DNA of 64,000 nucleotides from Escherichia coli (GTDB lineage Bacteria; Pseudomonadota; Gammaproteobacteria; Enterobacterales; Enterobacteriaceae): NCBI RefSeq assembly GCF_002854065.1, contig NZ_CP024147.1; one strand, 5' to 3'. Shown piece by piece: positions 16,585 to 27,265 of this stretch (position 1 is its first letter; each line of letters starts with the position of its first letter). The notes under the pieces were generated by a model. It saw only the letters and a program-made list of their open reading frames with translations, ran no database searches and was not told where the DNA came from. The position numbers and the translations under genes were made by a program.

Positions 16585-17415
16585 CTACAACTCATTCAGT
16601 ATGTACTGGAACCGGCAAGTAGAATCGATTGGCTGCATACTGCTGGTATCAACACGCACGACCATATCGTGTAACTGCTTGTCCGTTATAGGGTGTCGAC
16701 TTGGCGTGACCGTGACTTCCGCCTTATCACATCCCGACGCAGTAAAAGTTATCATCTGTGCAACCCAGCGGCAGTAACCACCGGCTTCATCCATCTGCGA
16801 ACTGTCGCACAATTTGCCATCTTTCATTAAATACGTTGAAAGCGTTTTCTCAACCACACTGCCCGTTGACTGCAGGGTGAGTAGTTTTGACTTACTGACA
16901 AAATTCTCACTCCATGAAACATCAAAAGGTTGAACAGAAACAGTCGGGCAAAGCGTGCCGTAACCATTCGGCCCCTGATACTTCACCCCCCCCCTCTGCG
17001 GGGTATTCTGGACGGTATCATTGACGACTACTAGCCACGGGCAAAAAAACTCATCTTCAATCTCCACAGCAACGCTCACTTCAAACGTCATCGAACCACA
17101 GTCCCATGAAGAAGGTAAACCTGGACATAATGCTCTATCGAGATTCTGTTTGTAACTCTTCAATTTAACTGTCGGTGCAGGAGGTGGCCCATTCCAGCTG
17201 GTATTTTGTAGATAGTCGCCAGTGCGAAACACACTAGTAGACTGATATTCTCCATTGTAGACTCCCGAAGGCATCATGATTTTCAGGCTATATGAAATGG
17301 TAGCTGATATATCATGACCAATGCCGTAGTAAGTGGTAACACTATGCACGGCAGCGAGACCTTCTGTAGCAGAAATAAGTATTATCAGAGCGTACAACCA
17401 TCGTAGTATTTTCAT
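16585..17415 (-). CDS. yfcO: Putative fimbrial tip/adhesin-like protein YfcO
   Basis: Secreted protein with signal peptide MKILRWLYALIILISA; last gene of the yfc operon; start taken at the second Met. Confidence 0.75.
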   Translation of the reverse strand: MKILRWLYALIILISATEGLAAVHSVTTYYGIGHDISATISYSLKIMMPSGVYNGEYQSTSVFRTGDYLQNTSWNGPPPAPTVKLKSYKQNLDRALCPGLPSSWDCGSMTFEVSVAVEIEDEFFCPWLVVVNDTVQNTPQRGGVKYQGPNGYGTLCPTVSVQPFDVSWSENFVSKSKLLTLQSTGSVVEKTLSTYLMKDGKLCDSSQMDEAGGYCRWVAQMITFTASGCDKAEVTVTPSRHPITDKQLHDMVVRVDTSSMQPIDSTCRFQYILNEL

Positions 17416-17416
17416 G

Positions 17417-17956
17417 TTAAATGTACTCAAATGTCGCAGTTAAAGAGGCGGTAAAATCACCGATCGTCACATCGCGACCGCTTTTCGCCTGGATCCAGGC
17501 TTTGAAATTAATCTCATTGTTACCGTTGATAAGCGCAAAGGTCGCCCCGGTGGGGTTGTTAATATCCACCCGTGTTCCGTCGAGCGTTTCCATTCCTATC
17601 CCCACGCCCTGCGCGGTGGAAGTGTCATCGACTGCCAGAAAACCCGGCTGACCGCTGTCTTCGGTGCCGCTCAGCGTGACTTTGACTTTGTATCCCGCCG
17701 GCCCTTTGCAGTCTTTCAGCTTAAACACAACCGGCAGGTGCGCGGACTGTCCGGCTACCATCAAATCCCGGTTGCTGACGGTGGGAAAATGGATTTCTGC
17801 CAGATTGGCACCATCCACCACCAGCGTGCAGGATTTACTCAGCAGGTTGCCGTAAAAATGCAGGTTGTTGTCCACGGCGAAAGTGTCTGTGCTGGCGGTC
17901 AGCAGCAGGCCCGCTAACAGCGCGTAACTGGGCGAATAAGTGCGTTCTGTTTTCAT
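17417..17956 (-). CDS. yfcP: Fimbrial subunit YfcP
   Basis: 179-aa secreted protein with C-terminal aromatic donor-strand-type motif (TATFEYI). Confidence 0.8.
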   Translation of the reverse strand: MKTERTYSPSYALLAGLLLTASTDTFAVDNNLHFYGNLLSKSCTLVVDGANLAEIHFPTVSNRDLMVAGQSAHLPVVFKLKDCKGPAGYKVKVTLSGTEDSGQPGFLAVDDTSTAQGVGIGMETLDGTRVDINNPTGATFALINGNNEINFKAWIQAKSGRDVTIGDFTASLTATFEYI

Positions 17957-18441
17957 TGGTAATCCACCCGTAACGTTGCGTAAGCAGAAAAAGTCGTGTC
18001 CGTCAGCACCGCGTCAGCCGCTTTTACCGGCACCGCCTCCAGCTTCGGCTTCTGGCTAAAATCGGTGGCGTTAATGGAAAGCGGCTCGTTGAGCTTAAAA
18101 CGCTGACCGTCGTGCTGAAGCTCAATTCCGAAACCGGGCACACTCGTCTCAATAGCAGAGTCGTTGTAGGAGGTTGCGGTCCCCGTCCAGGTGAGCGTCA
18201 TATTCCACTCAGGATCGCGGACATCAGAGTCGCAACTCAGTTCGTAGTCCACTTTCTGACGACCGTAATTGCCGTCAATGCTGTCGATAATGAGATCGCG
18301 AAACTGCACTTCGATGGTTTGCCCGCCGCTGATGCTACATGCGGGCGGTGACATCAGCGTACCGTGGAATGTGATGTCCTCGTCGGTGGCCAGAGCCGAG
18401 CCCCAGCATGCGCACAGTAAAATAAGCGTGAGTTTTTTCAT
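17953..18441 (-). CDS. yfcQ: Fimbrial subunit YfcQ
   Basis: 162-aa secreted fimbrial-type protein ending LRVDYQ. Confidence 0.8.
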   Translation of the reverse strand: MKKLTLILLCACWGSALATDEDITFHGTLMSPPACSISGGQTIEVQFRDLIIDSIDGNYGRQKVDYELSCDSDVRDPEWNMTLTWTGTATSYNDSAIETSVPGFGIELQHDGQRFKLNEPLSINATDFSQKPKLEAVPVKAADAVLTDTTFSAYATLRVDYQ

Positions 18442-18935
18442 TGGTAATCAACCACCATGGTCAGACTGGCGTTAAATTCCGACGGCGTTAACTGCACCCC
18501 GCTCTGCTTTACCGGTACCGCTTTCAGCTGTGGCTGGGTGTTAAAGTTGAAAGGCGTCCAGGTATTTTCACCGACCGCAAACAGGGAATTATCGGCAGCG
18601 TTTTCAATCCGCACTCCCAGGCCAGCGATATTCGTGCTGAGAACCGTTTCTCCGTTGATAACGGCGGTATTGCCTTTAAGCTGCATTTGTAAGTCATCGC
18701 TGGCCTTATCGCCGCAGCTCAGGGTGTATTTCGCATCCTGTCGGTAATTGGTGCCATTAATCTTATTGATGAACACATTGCCAAATTCCACCGCGCTTCC
18801 CTTCACGGAACACGGCGGCGGTGCATCCACTAACACGCGCAGAGTTAACTCCACGGTTTTACTGCCAGCCATAACAGGGAAACTACAGAGACTGAATACC
18901 AGAAACCCCGCGCCCGCTAAAAACTTGTGACTCAT
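18438..18935 (-). CDS. yfcR: Fimbrial subunit YfcR
   Basis: 165-aa secreted fimbrial-type protein ending MVVDYQ. Confidence 0.8.
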   Translation of the reverse strand: MSHKFLAGAGFLVFSLCSFPVMAGSKTVELTLRVLVDAPPPCSVKGSAVEFGNVFINKINGTNYRQDAKYTLSCGDKASDDLQMQLKGNTAVINGETVLSTNIAGLGVRIENAADNSLFAVGENTWTPFNFNTQPQLKAVPVKQSGVQLTPSEFNASLTMVVDYQ

Positions 18936-18950
18936 AAGTTTCTCCCGGCA

Positions 18951-19703
18951 TCAGCCTTTGCGGCTCTGCTCTACATCCACCTGGCAGGTATCGCCGCCAC
19001 ATTTAAAATACAGCGGCATCCGTGCGCCATAGTCGTTAACGTAGGTCAGCACCGGGACGCTATCCATTTTGACTTTTAACGGCACAGAGGTTTTTGGCGA
19101 TATCACCATGGGGGAAAATCCCGCTGCCGGATTGCCATTTTTTTGTGCACTAGCGTTACTGATAACCACGAAGTACGGCGTCGGGTTATTGACAGTAAAC
19201 TCCTGGCCGCTGCGGGTTAAGGTCACCTTATGCTGCCATGGATTTTTCATGCTGACGTTTTCCAGCGCCTTTGGTCGCCAGAACAGCTTGATGCGCGTTT
19301 GCAGCGCAATCTGTAACGTGTTGGGTTTGTTCGATTTCGGCGGGATCTCACGCACGTTGAAATAGAACACGCTCTCGCGGTCGGCAGGCAGCTTGTTGAT
19401 ATCCGGCATGCCCTGTACCTTCACCTGACCGTTCATCATGGAATCGATGCGCTGCACCGGCGGCAGTACCGTCAGCGGCGAGCTAATCTTGTTACCCTGC
19501 TCGTCTTCCATCCAGCTTTGTGCCAGATACGGCATTTTCGGGTCGTTATTGCGCAGCGTGACGCTGATTGATTTATCACTTTCGTTAAAAGTCAGGCGTG
19601 TACGGTCCGGGGTGACAGAGGCCTGTGCTGACAGGCTGGCGGCAGTTATCAGTAACGCCAGCGTCGTTGCGGCCGTTCTGGCAGAACAAAATAGATTCGT
19701 CAT
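18951..19703 (-). CDS. yfcS: Periplasmic fimbrial chaperone YfcS (PapD-like)
   Basis: 250-aa ORF with signal peptide and PapD-like two-domain chaperone pattern. Confidence 0.85.
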   Translation of the reverse strand: MTNLFCSARTAATTLALLITAASLSAQASVTPDRTRLTFNESDKSISVTLRNNDPKMPYLAQSWMEDEQGNKISSPLTVLPPVQRIDSMMNGQVKVQGMPDINKLPADRESVFYFNVREIPPKSNKPNTLQIALQTRIKLFWRPKALENVSMKNPWQHKVTLTRSGQEFTVNNPTPYFVVISNASAQKNGNPAAGFSPMVISPKTSVPLKVKMDSVPVLTYVNDYGARMPLYFKCGGDTCQVDVEQSRKG

Positions 19704-19725
19704 GGATCATTCCTTAATCACGTTA

Positions 19726-22377
19726 TTAATTGGCGGATACCGATACCGGCGCTTCCGTTGGCATCACCTGCTGGGTCTGCTCCTGGATCACCGGCTTAAT
19801 TTCATTGGGCACCGGGGAAGGTATCGCCCCTGTTTGCTGGCATGGTAGTAACAGGCCATTGAACAGATCGGCTGGCAGCGGGTCAGGCAGATGAATATCG
19901 CAGTGGGCCACACCGCCCCATGAAACGATCATATGCTCGCCAGGTTTGACGCCCGCGAGGTAGACGTTGCCGTCATCGTCAACCAGACCGACGTTCTGCG
20001 CGCTGTCGTTTTTCACTTCCGCGCCAAACGGCGGATAGCTGCCATCCTGCAGACGCAGTACCGCCATCGCTTTTTGCCCGCTGATCACCGAGAACTTACG
20101 GTAGCCAATGGCCCCTTCGGTAAGCGTCGCCTGCACCACGGACTGGGTGGCTTCGGCGTTTTCCGGCAGGTTGTTAAGGTCGATATACGCCTGGTTGCGG
20201 TAGTAGTTGTTGACGTCTGCCACCACGGCCTTACCGAACATATTGGTGTAAACCGCCGCACCGTTTCCTTCCACCGGAACACCGGCCACACCGTCGGCAT
20301 CAATCAGCAGACGCGTGCCGCCCATATTCTGGGTGCGGTGGAGCGCGCCACCCTGCGCGGTGAGCGTCGCCCCGCCCTGGAGTGAAATCCCCGCTGAGGT
20401 GTACTGCCCTTCATGGTAGTTGGCGCTGAGATCCACCTGCGCAAGCGATCCATCGTGGCTGTAATAGCCGTCAACGCTGGAGTGTTTGTCGCTGGTGCCC
20501 ACGTTCAGCTGGTAGTGAGTTGCGTCATCGACACGGCTGAAATACCCCACCTGACTGCTGTCCGAACCGCTGCCATAGTTGCCGTTATAGCTGATGGTGC
20601 TGCTGTCACCCCACGGCATGCTGAGCGATATGTACACACCTTTATCGGCCTGGTTATCATACTCGTAGCGGTATCCGGTCATGGAAATGCTCATGTTGCG
20701 GATACTGCCCAGGTTGAAGTAGTGAGAGAGCATGACGTTGTAGTTGGTCTGCTCGTCGCGATCCCAGTAAGTATGGCGGGTGTAGTTGAGATAAACAGAT
20801 ACACCGGCATCCCTGAAGTTCTGGTTGTAGGTGGCGGTGTACATCTCTTTGTCGTTGCCGGTGCGCACCATTTCGCTGTCGCTGGCATCGAGATACTCGC
20901 TCATGGTCATGAAGTTCTCTTCCGAGAAGCGGTATCCGGCAAAAGTGACGCGGCTGTTCAGTTCATCGAAGTCTTTGGAATAGCTCACGCGAAACGAGTT
21001 ACCGTCCAGTGAACCTTTACCGTAGGCGGTCTCTTTATCCAGACGGGTATGCGAGTGGGTGATATCAAAGGCGACCGCACCAAACACAGACAGATCGCGA
21101 CCGACGCCAAGCGCCGCCGACTGATAGTGTTCATCTGCCAGCGCCCCGCCGTAGAGCGACCAGCCGTTGGCAATCCCCCATGAAGCTTCGCCGCCGGAGA
21201 AGAAACCACCTTCAACATGATGCCCCCACTCCTGCGGGCGGCCCATCATCAGCTTATAGCGCACCTGGCCGGGGCGGGTCAGGAACGGCATCGAGGCGGT
21301 GTTGATGTCATATTCCTGCACCTGGCCGTTCTGTTCTTCAATGCGGATGTGCAGTGTACCGGAGACAGAATCGCCAAGATCCTGGATGCGGAACGGCCCC
21401 GCCGGAACCTGCGTTTCGTAAATCACGCGGCCCATCTGGCTGACGGTCACTTTCGCGGTGGTGTGCGCCACGCCGGAGATATCCGGCGCATAGCCGCGCA
21501 GATTCGGCGGCAACATTTGATCGTCGGTGCTGATACTGCCACCCACGTAGTTAAAGCCGTCGAAAATATCAGAATTAAGGTAGTCTTCGCCAAGGCCAAG
21601 TTTGGCTTTTAGCGACGGTAAGGCTCGCCAGGCGTAGTAGCGGCTCCACTCCCAGTTTTTTTGCGTGTCATCACCGTTGATAACATCGTCATCATTGCTT
21701 TTACTATGCAAATAATCAGTCTGCCAGTCGGCTCGCAGACGCCATGCGCCGAGGTTCACCCCAACCGTCCCGTTGCCGCTAATTTCATTGCTGTCATCCC
21801 CGCCATTTTCTTCATGTCGTGTCTGAGCGGTAATACTGTAGTCAGCAATTAAACCAGATATACCGTCATCCCAGCGTGAAGGCGGATCCCAGTTGATGTC
21901 GGTATATTCAAGGTAAGCCTGGGGTAATGAAATGACTAACGCTGACTGACTCAGGTCAGCTTTAATATCAATGCCTTCCAGTTGACCGGGTTTCAGGCAT
22001 TTGCCGTCGTGGATCCATTGCAGGTTTTTTGCCACATCCTCTTTTAAGCCAAACTGCGCGACCAGTTCAGGCGGCAGGCAGGCATAGGTTTTACTGGCAT
22101 CGTTCTCAGAGGCGTACCAGTAAATATCGTATTCTTCCGTCAGCGGCTGTTTATTTAGTTGAACCTGTAAATTGTATTTCCCAGGCTCGACATAACCCTG
22201 GCTGGAAAATCGCTTCAGATCGATTTTTGTGTCGCCTTTTAACTCCAGAAAACGGGAATCAAACTGAATTTCATCTTCAGCCCAGGCATTGACATAACTC
22301 CCGGACATTGCCAATGCAACGCAGCAGGGAAGTACCCGCAGTCGGAAAAGAGAATGGTCAGGCATACACGTATCCAT
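19726..22377 (-). CDS. yfcU: Outer-membrane fimbrial usher, apparently intact
   Basis: 883-aa uninterrupted ORF with usher features (C-terminal Cys pair, long beta-barrel region); positional equivalent of the K-12 usher gene. Confidence 0.85.
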   Translation of the reverse strand: MDTCMPDHSLFRLRVLPCCVALAMSGSYVNAWAEDEIQFDSRFLELKGDTKIDLKRFSSQGYVEPGKYNLQVQLNKQPLTEEYDIYWYASENDASKTYACLPPELVAQFGLKEDVAKNLQWIHDGKCLKPGQLEGIDIKADLSQSALVISLPQAYLEYTDINWDPPSRWDDGISGLIADYSITAQTRHEENGGDDSNEISGNGTVGVNLGAWRLRADWQTDYLHSKSNDDDVINGDDTQKNWEWSRYYAWRALPSLKAKLGLGEDYLNSDIFDGFNYVGGSISTDDQMLPPNLRGYAPDISGVAHTTAKVTVSQMGRVIYETQVPAGPFRIQDLGDSVSGTLHIRIEEQNGQVQEYDINTASMPFLTRPGQVRYKLMMGRPQEWGHHVEGGFFSGGEASWGIANGWSLYGGALADEHYQSAALGVGRDLSVFGAVAFDITHSHTRLDKETAYGKGSLDGNSFRVSYSKDFDELNSRVTFAGYRFSEENFMTMSEYLDASDSEMVRTGNDKEMYTATYNQNFRDAGVSVYLNYTRHTYWDRDEQTNYNVMLSHYFNLGSIRNMSISMTGYRYEYDNQADKGVYISLSMPWGDSSTISYNGNYGSGSDSSQVGYFSRVDDATHYQLNVGTSDKHSSVDGYYSHDGSLAQVDLSANYHEGQYTSAGISLQGGATLTAQGGALHRTQNMGGTRLLIDADGVAGVPVEGNGAAVYTNMFGKAVVADVNNYYRNQAYIDLNNLPENAEATQSVVQATLTEGAIGYRKFSVISGQKAMAVLRLQDGSYPPFGAEVKNDSAQNVGLVDDDGNVYLAGVKPGEHMIVSWGGVAHCDIHLPDPLPADLFNGLLLPCQQTGAIPSPVPNEIKPVIQEQTQQVMPTEAPVSVSAN

Positions 22378-22446
22378 CCGTAATTATTATAATTTGCGCG
22401 AATTCCATTTAAAAACCCCATAGCCCGAAAGCTATGGGGGTATCAC

Positions 22447-23010
22447 TTAGAGATAAGTAATCTGGAAGGTCGTGTTGGCTTCAAAATTACCTAAATCTGG
22501 CGCATCAGCAGCGCCCACCAGCCAGGCTTTAAAGTCCAGCGTCTGCTTCGCTTTGCCTTTGTTGGTCGCCGTATCGTTTACGATTTTCTGTTCGATACCC
22601 GCGCCGCTTTTATAAGAGGTTCCCTGAGCGTCACCAATGGCCAGGCTGACATTGTTAAATGCCGCACCAGTATCGGTATTGTAAATGGTGTAGTAATTGC
22701 CGCTGTTGGTAGAAGACGCGTTACCGGTGAAGGTAGTGGTCATCGTTGTCTGGGTGTCAAACACACAGTCTTGCAGATGGATCTGGAAAGCTTTCGGTGT
22801 AGAAGTCCCGTTGTTTTTCAGGATCCCTGAACCAATGTCACCCATATCAACTTCCAGTTTGTGATCATCAGGAACGATGGAGCACGGGGAATCTTCAATG
22901 GTGCCGTAGAAACGTGCTGTACCATTGTTGCCAGCGGCGATTGTTGAAGTAGAAGCGAACGCACCCATTACCATTGTTGCAGCAATAGCTGTTTTTACAA
23001 ACTTACTCAT
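22447..23010 (-). CDS. yfcV: Major fimbrial subunit YfcV
   Basis: 187-aa secreted protein with fimbrial-subunit C-terminus (FQITYL); first gene of the operon. Confidence 0.85.
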   Translation of the reverse strand: MSKFVKTAIAATMVMGAFASTSTIAAGNNGTARFYGTIEDSPCSIVPDDHKLEVDMGDIGSGILKNNGTSTPKAFQIHLQDCVFDTQTTMTTTFTGNASSTNSGNYYTIYNTDTGAAFNNVSLAIGDAQGTSYKSGAGIEQKIVNDTATNKGKAKQTLDFKAWLVGAADAPDLGNFEANTTFQITYL

Positions 23011-23198
23011 TATTTGTCCTTAAACCATAAATAATTAAAAATATAAACATTGCAATACATTGATTCAGTCAATAGCAATTATTTATACCCAGCCATTGAA
23101 TAAGCTATCCGATCTAACTAACAAGAAAATAGGTCGCATAAGAAGATATTCTTTGGTGTGGGCGGATGGTGATATTTTGTCTTGGTAATGACTCCAAC

Positions 23199-23702
23199 TT
23201 ATTGATAGTGTTTTATGTTCAGATAATGCCCGATGACTTTGTCATGCAGCTCCACCGATTTTGAGAACGACAGCGACTTCCGTCCCAGCCGTGCCAGGTG
23301 CTGCCTCAGATTCAGGTTATGCCGCTCAATTCGCTGCGTATATCGCTTGCTGATTACGTGCAGCTTTCCCTTCAGGCGGGATTCATACAGCGGCCAGCCA
23401 TCCGTCATCCATATCACCACGTCAAAGGGTGACAGCAGGCTCATAAGACGCCCCAGCGTCGCCATAGTGCGTTCACCGAATACGTGCGCAACAACCGTCT
23501 TCCGGAGCCTGTCATACGCGTAAAACAGCCAGCGCTGGCGCGATTTAGCCCCGACGTATCCCCACTGTTCGTCCATTTCCGCGCAGACGATGACGTCACT
23601 GCCCGGCTGTATGCGCGAGGTTACCGACTGCGGCCTGAGTTTTTTAAATGGCGGAAAATCGTGTTGAGGCCAACGCCCATAATGCGGGCGGTTGCCCGGC
23701 AT
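23199..23702 (-). CDS. insB: IS1 InsB transposase reading frame
   Basis: 167-aa [19 protein letters not shown]... Confidence 0.9.
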   Translation of the reverse strand: MPGNRPHYGRWPQHDFPPFKKLRPQSVTSRIQPGSDVIVCAEMDEQWGYVGAKSRQRWLFYAYDRLRKTVVAHVFGERTMATLGRLMSLLSPFDVVIWMTDGWPLYESRLKGKLHVISKRYTQRIERHNLNLRQHLARLGRKSLSFSKSVELHDKVIGHYLNIKHYQ

Positions 23703-23896
23703 CCAACGCCATTCATGGCCATATCAATGATTTTCTGGTGCGTACCGGGTTGAGAAGCGGTGTAAGTGAACTGCAGTTGCCATGTTTTACGGCAGTGAGA
23801 GCAGAGATAGCGCTGATGTCCGGCAGTGCTTTTGCCGTTACGCACCACCCCGTCAGTAGCTGAACAGGAGGGACAGCTGATAGAAACAGAAGCCAC
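23621..23896 (-). CDS. insA: IS1 InsA
   Basis: 91-aa [26 protein letters not shown]...; A6C frameshift window present. Confidence 0.9.
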   Translation of the reverse strand: MASVSISCPSCSATDGVVRNGKSTAGHQRYLCSHCRKTWQLQFTYTASQPGTHQKIIDMAMNGVGCRATARIMGVGLNTIFRHLKNSGRSR

Positions 23897-24390
23897 TGGA
23901 GCACCTCAAAAACACCATCATACACTAAATCAGTAAGTTGGCAGCATCACCTTTTGTCTTTATTGTTTCAAATTATATTTACTTAACAGTGAATTAAGGA
24001 CCGCTTAATGTATAGCCAGAATAGAAATATTTTGAGGATTTTCTTATAAAAAAGAAATGAAATGCTTAAAAAAATATCTTACACATAATTTCAATTTATG
24101 AATAACCTGCGCAAAAAAGACAATCTTAGATTAAGTTTGAGATTGTACTTTTTTGAAGTTATACTATTAACACATCACAAATAATATTAAATTAAGACAC
24201 GAAAATATCATTTCTTTTTTATTATTAACTGTTCTATTAGTTTTATAATTTGTAAGAATATATTACAACTTAGTCTCATTTCGTCAGAAATTAATAGGGA
24301 AGCAGAGGAAAAAGTGCGATGAATTCTGTATCGAAGCGTATCAACTCCGTGAAAGGTTTTGAGTGAATATCTTCTATTGCAAAAAGACAA

Positions 24391-24424
24391 ATGCCCGATG
24401 TAAGCTGTACATTGGGCATTTTTT
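24391..24424. terminator. Intrinsic terminator hairpin immediately downstream of sixA
   Basis: 12-bp stem ATGCCCGATGTA/TACATTGGGCAT (one G-U) with T-run on the plus strand and T-rich tract on the minus strand. Confidence 0.6.
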
Positions 24425-24432
24425 CAAACGAA

Positions 24433-24918
24433 TCAGATAGCTTTCGCCATCTTCAAATTACATGGGCTCATCTGCCAGTTGAACTCGCCTTTTCCGCTTT
24501 CATCAAGCGTTACGCTGGCAATGGCCGAGGTGGTAAACATAGGCGGCGTTTCGCCCGGACATAACTCGGCGACCAGATACCCAACTAACGGTAAGTGGGA
24601 GATAACCAACACCGAAGCAACACCTTCATTGGTCAACGCCTGCAAATAGGCACTGACCAGACCAACATCGCCGCAGGGCGTTAACTCCGGCAGAACTTCT
24701 GCACTGGAAGGCAGGTTCAGACAGTCCCCTACTTCCTCCAATGTTTGCTCGGCTCGCAGGAACGGGCTCACCAGAACGCGTTCGATTTCCACTTTTTGAC
24801 CTTTCAGCCAGTTCGCCATCAGGCGAGATTCGTCACAACCGTTAGTGGTCAGAGGACGAACCGAATCACTGGCGGCATCGAGGGCTGCGTCGCCGTGACG
24901 CATGATAAAAACTTGCAT
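24433..24918 (-). CDS. sixA: Phosphohistidine phosphatase SixA
   Basis: 161-aa ORF MQVFIMRHGDA... (RHG histidine-phosphatase motif). Confidence 0.92.
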   Translation of the reverse strand: MQVFIMRHGDAALDAASDSVRPLTTNGCDESRLMANWLKGQKVEIERVLVSPFLRAEQTLEEVGDCLNLPSSAEVLPELTPCGDVGLVSAYLQALTNEGVASVLVISHLPLVGYLVAELCPGETPPMFTTSAIASVTLDESGKGEFNWQMSPCNLKMAKAI

Positions 24919-25120
24919 ATTGCACCGCTTTTGTTAACCAGATTCGCCCGTTTTCTTTCATCTGAAACCAGAGAAAGAAAACGGTGGCCGGCATTGTGCC
25001 TTATCCATTCACCGAATGAAACGCTGTTTTTTACCTCAATGGCGTAAGTATAGTCAATATGCGTTTACATTTTAACCAACAATCCGCCATTCAGCGCGGA
25101 TTCATATAGCTTTGACCCTT

Positions 25121-27265
25121 TTAATGAGGGTCAGTTGCACTTGTTTTCCAAAAACTTTCCCCACGCGCCCCCATCTCGACTAAACGCTCGCAAGGGGTAA
25201 AACGTGAACCATACTGCGTGGCCAGTCGTTGCATTATTGCAACCACTTCGCCCGCGCCGAGAGAATCGATATAGCGAAACGGTCCACCGAGAAATGGCGG
25301 AAAACCAATGCCAAATACCGCACCAATATCCCCGTCACGCACGCTACGGATAACCTGCTCATCAACACAACGTACTGCTTCATTCAGCATCAACATCACA
25401 CACCGTTCAGCAACCTGCGGTGCGGAGAGTCGCCCCTGCCCTTGTGCGCCAATGAGCGGGTAAATGGCAGGATCGACCTGTTTTTTGCTTTTACGCCCTT
25501 TCTGACCATAAAGATAGAAACCTCGACCATTTTTTCTGCCTTTGCGATCGTCGTTCAAAATTGAAGAAACAACATTTGCAGGCGCGCTAAAACGTTCTCC
25601 ATAAGCGGCTTCCAGTACAGGAATAATTTTAGTCCCGGTGTCGATTCCTACCTCATCCAAAAGTTGGATTGGACCTACCGGAAAACCAAATTTCACTAGC
25701 GCGGCATCAATGTGCTCTACCCGTTCACCTTCGGTCAGCATGCGGATAGCTTCATTAATGTAAGGCGCTAAGATGCGATTGACGTAAAACCCGGCTTTGT
25801 CACGCACGACGATTGGCGTTTTGCCCTGTTTTTTCGCCAGTTTTACCGTAGTGGCGATGGTTTGCGCCGATGTACCCGCATGAGGAATAATCTCCACCAG
25901 CGGCATTTTTTCCACCGGGCTGAAGTAATGCAGGCCAATAACCTGCTCAGGTCGCGCGGCGTGAGCGGCGATATCACCAATCGGTAAAGATGAAGTATTC
26001 GAAGCAAAGATGGTATGAGCGGCGCAGTTTTGCTCAACTTCCGCCACCATCTGTTGTTTCAATTCGAGATTTTCAAACACCGCTTCAATAATCAGATCGC
26101 GATGGGTAAAGCCGCGATAGTCCGTCGTTCCGGAGATTAATGCCAGCTGTTTGTCACGTTCGCTGGCTTTGAGATGACGACGGCGAACTTTGCCCTCCAG
26201 CTGATCCCAACTGTACTTCAGCGCATGATTTATGCCCTGCGGGTTGATATCTTTAATTCTGACCGGAATCCCCGCTTTACAAGCAGTGACATAAGCAATA
26301 CCGCCGCCCATCAAGCCACCACCTAAAATCCCCACGCTGTTTAATGGCGCAGGCGGCGCATCACTGCCGGGATCTTTCTTCACTTCCGTACTGGCAAAAA
26401 AGAGACTACGCAAAGCTTGCGATTGTGGCGTCATCGCCAGTTCGCCAAACGCCCGTGCTTCAGCGTCATAGCCACTGCTGGTGCCCTGCGCTAATCCCGT
26501 TTCAACAACCTCCAGGATGCGTTCTGTCGCCGGATAATTGCCTTGAGTTTTGTGTTCTGTTTTCTTGCCGACCATTTTGAACAGCAGCGCACGACCTAAC
26601 GGCCCCGCCAGAATACGCTCGCGTACAGGTAGAGGGCGGGAAGATGGACGATCCTGCTTTGCCAGCTCAACAGCGGCTTCCAGCAGAATGGAGTGCGGAA
26701 CAACGTCATCCACCAGCCCCAGCTTTAATGCCTGTTTCGCCCGAAGTTGTTTTCCGGTGAGGATCATCTCTAATGCTGTGCTGACGCCTATCAGACGCGG
26801 TAAACGCTGGGTGCCGCCTGAACCGGGTAACAATCCAAGTTGTACTTCAGGCAAACCGAGCACCGTTTTAGGATCGTCAGTACAAATGCGACCGTGGCAC
26901 GCCAGCGCCAACTCCAGCCCACCACCCAGGCAAGCGCCATGAATAGCCGCGATAACCGGAATGGGCAAAGCATGAATCTCCGCCATCAACTGTTGGCCCT
27001 GCCGCGCCAGAGCTTCCGCTTCTTGCGCCGTTTTGCAGTTGCCGATCATGTTGATGTCTGCGCCAGCAATGAAGTTGTCCGGTTTAGCGGAGACAAACAC
27101 CACGCCTCGCAACTCTTTGTTTTCACGGAGTTGCTTAATAATGGCGCGCACCTGCGAGGCAAACTCCGCCTTCAGGGTATTCATTTTCTCACCCGGTACG
27201 TCGATGGTGATAACGGCAATGTTGTCCAGACGAACATTAAGGGTAAACGCTGATGTCATTTCCAT
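25121..27265 (-). CDS. fadJ: Fatty-acid oxidation complex alpha subunit FadJ
   Basis: 714-aa ORF with enoyl-CoA hydratase and 3-hydroxyacyl-CoA dehydrogenase domains; follows fadI. Confidence 0.95.
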   Translation of the reverse strand: MEMTSAFTLNVRLDNIAVITIDVPGEKMNTLKAEFASQVRAIIKQLRENKELRGVVFVSAKPDNFIAGADINMIGNCKTAQEAEALARQGQQLMAEIHALPIPVIAAIHGACLGGGLELALACHGRICTDDPKTVLGLPEVQLGLLPGSGGTQRLPRLIGVSTALEMILTGKQLRAKQALKLGLVDDVVPHSILLEAAVELAKQDRPSSRPLPVRERILAGPLGRALLFKMVGKKTEHKTQGNYPATERILEVVETGLAQGTSSGYDAEARAFGELAMTPQSQALRSLFFASTEVKKDPGSDAPPAPLNSVGILGGGLMGGGIAYVTACKAGIPVRIKDINPQGINHALKYSWDQLEGKVRRRHLKASERDKQLALISGTTDYRGFTHRDLIIEAVFENLELKQQMVAEVEQNCAAHTIFASNTSSLPIGDIAAHAARPEQVIGLHYFSPVEKMPLVEIIPHAGTSAQTIATTVKLAKKQGKTPIVVRDKAGFYVNRILAPYINEAIRMLTEGERVEHIDAALVKFGFPVGPIQLLDEVGIDTGTKIIPVLEAAYGERFSAPANVVSSILNDDRKGRKNGRGFYLYGQKGRKSKKQVDPAIYPLIGAQGQGRLSAPQVAERCVMLMLNEAVRCVDEQVIRSVRDGDIGAVFGIGFPPFLGGPFRYIDSLGAGEVVAIMQRLATQYGSRFTPCERLVEMGARGESFWKTSATDPH

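Larger units (their letters stand above)
23184..23951 (-). mobile_element. IS1 insertion sequence (copy 1), 768 bp, flanked by 9-bp direct repeat TTTTGTCTT
   Basis: Terminal inverted repeats GGTAATGACTCCAACTTATTGATAGTGTT ... CATCATACACTAAATCAGTAAGTTGGCAGCATCACC; 9-bp duplication at 23175-23183 and 23952-23960. Confidence 0.95.

Noticed and set aside
24319-24366. 15-codon ORF (MNSVSKRINSVKGFE) with a GAGGA Shine-Dalgarno-like sequence, just upstream of the sixA terminator hairpin
   Set aside because: Very short, in an AT-rich intergenic region where chance ORFs with purine-rich upstream sequence are common; the hairpin is better explained as the sixA terminator. Cannot be supported without conservation or expression data.
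25101-25135. Hairpin downstream of fadJ as a terminator
   Set aside because: Short stem (GACCCT/AGGGTC) without a following T-run on either strand; too weak to call.
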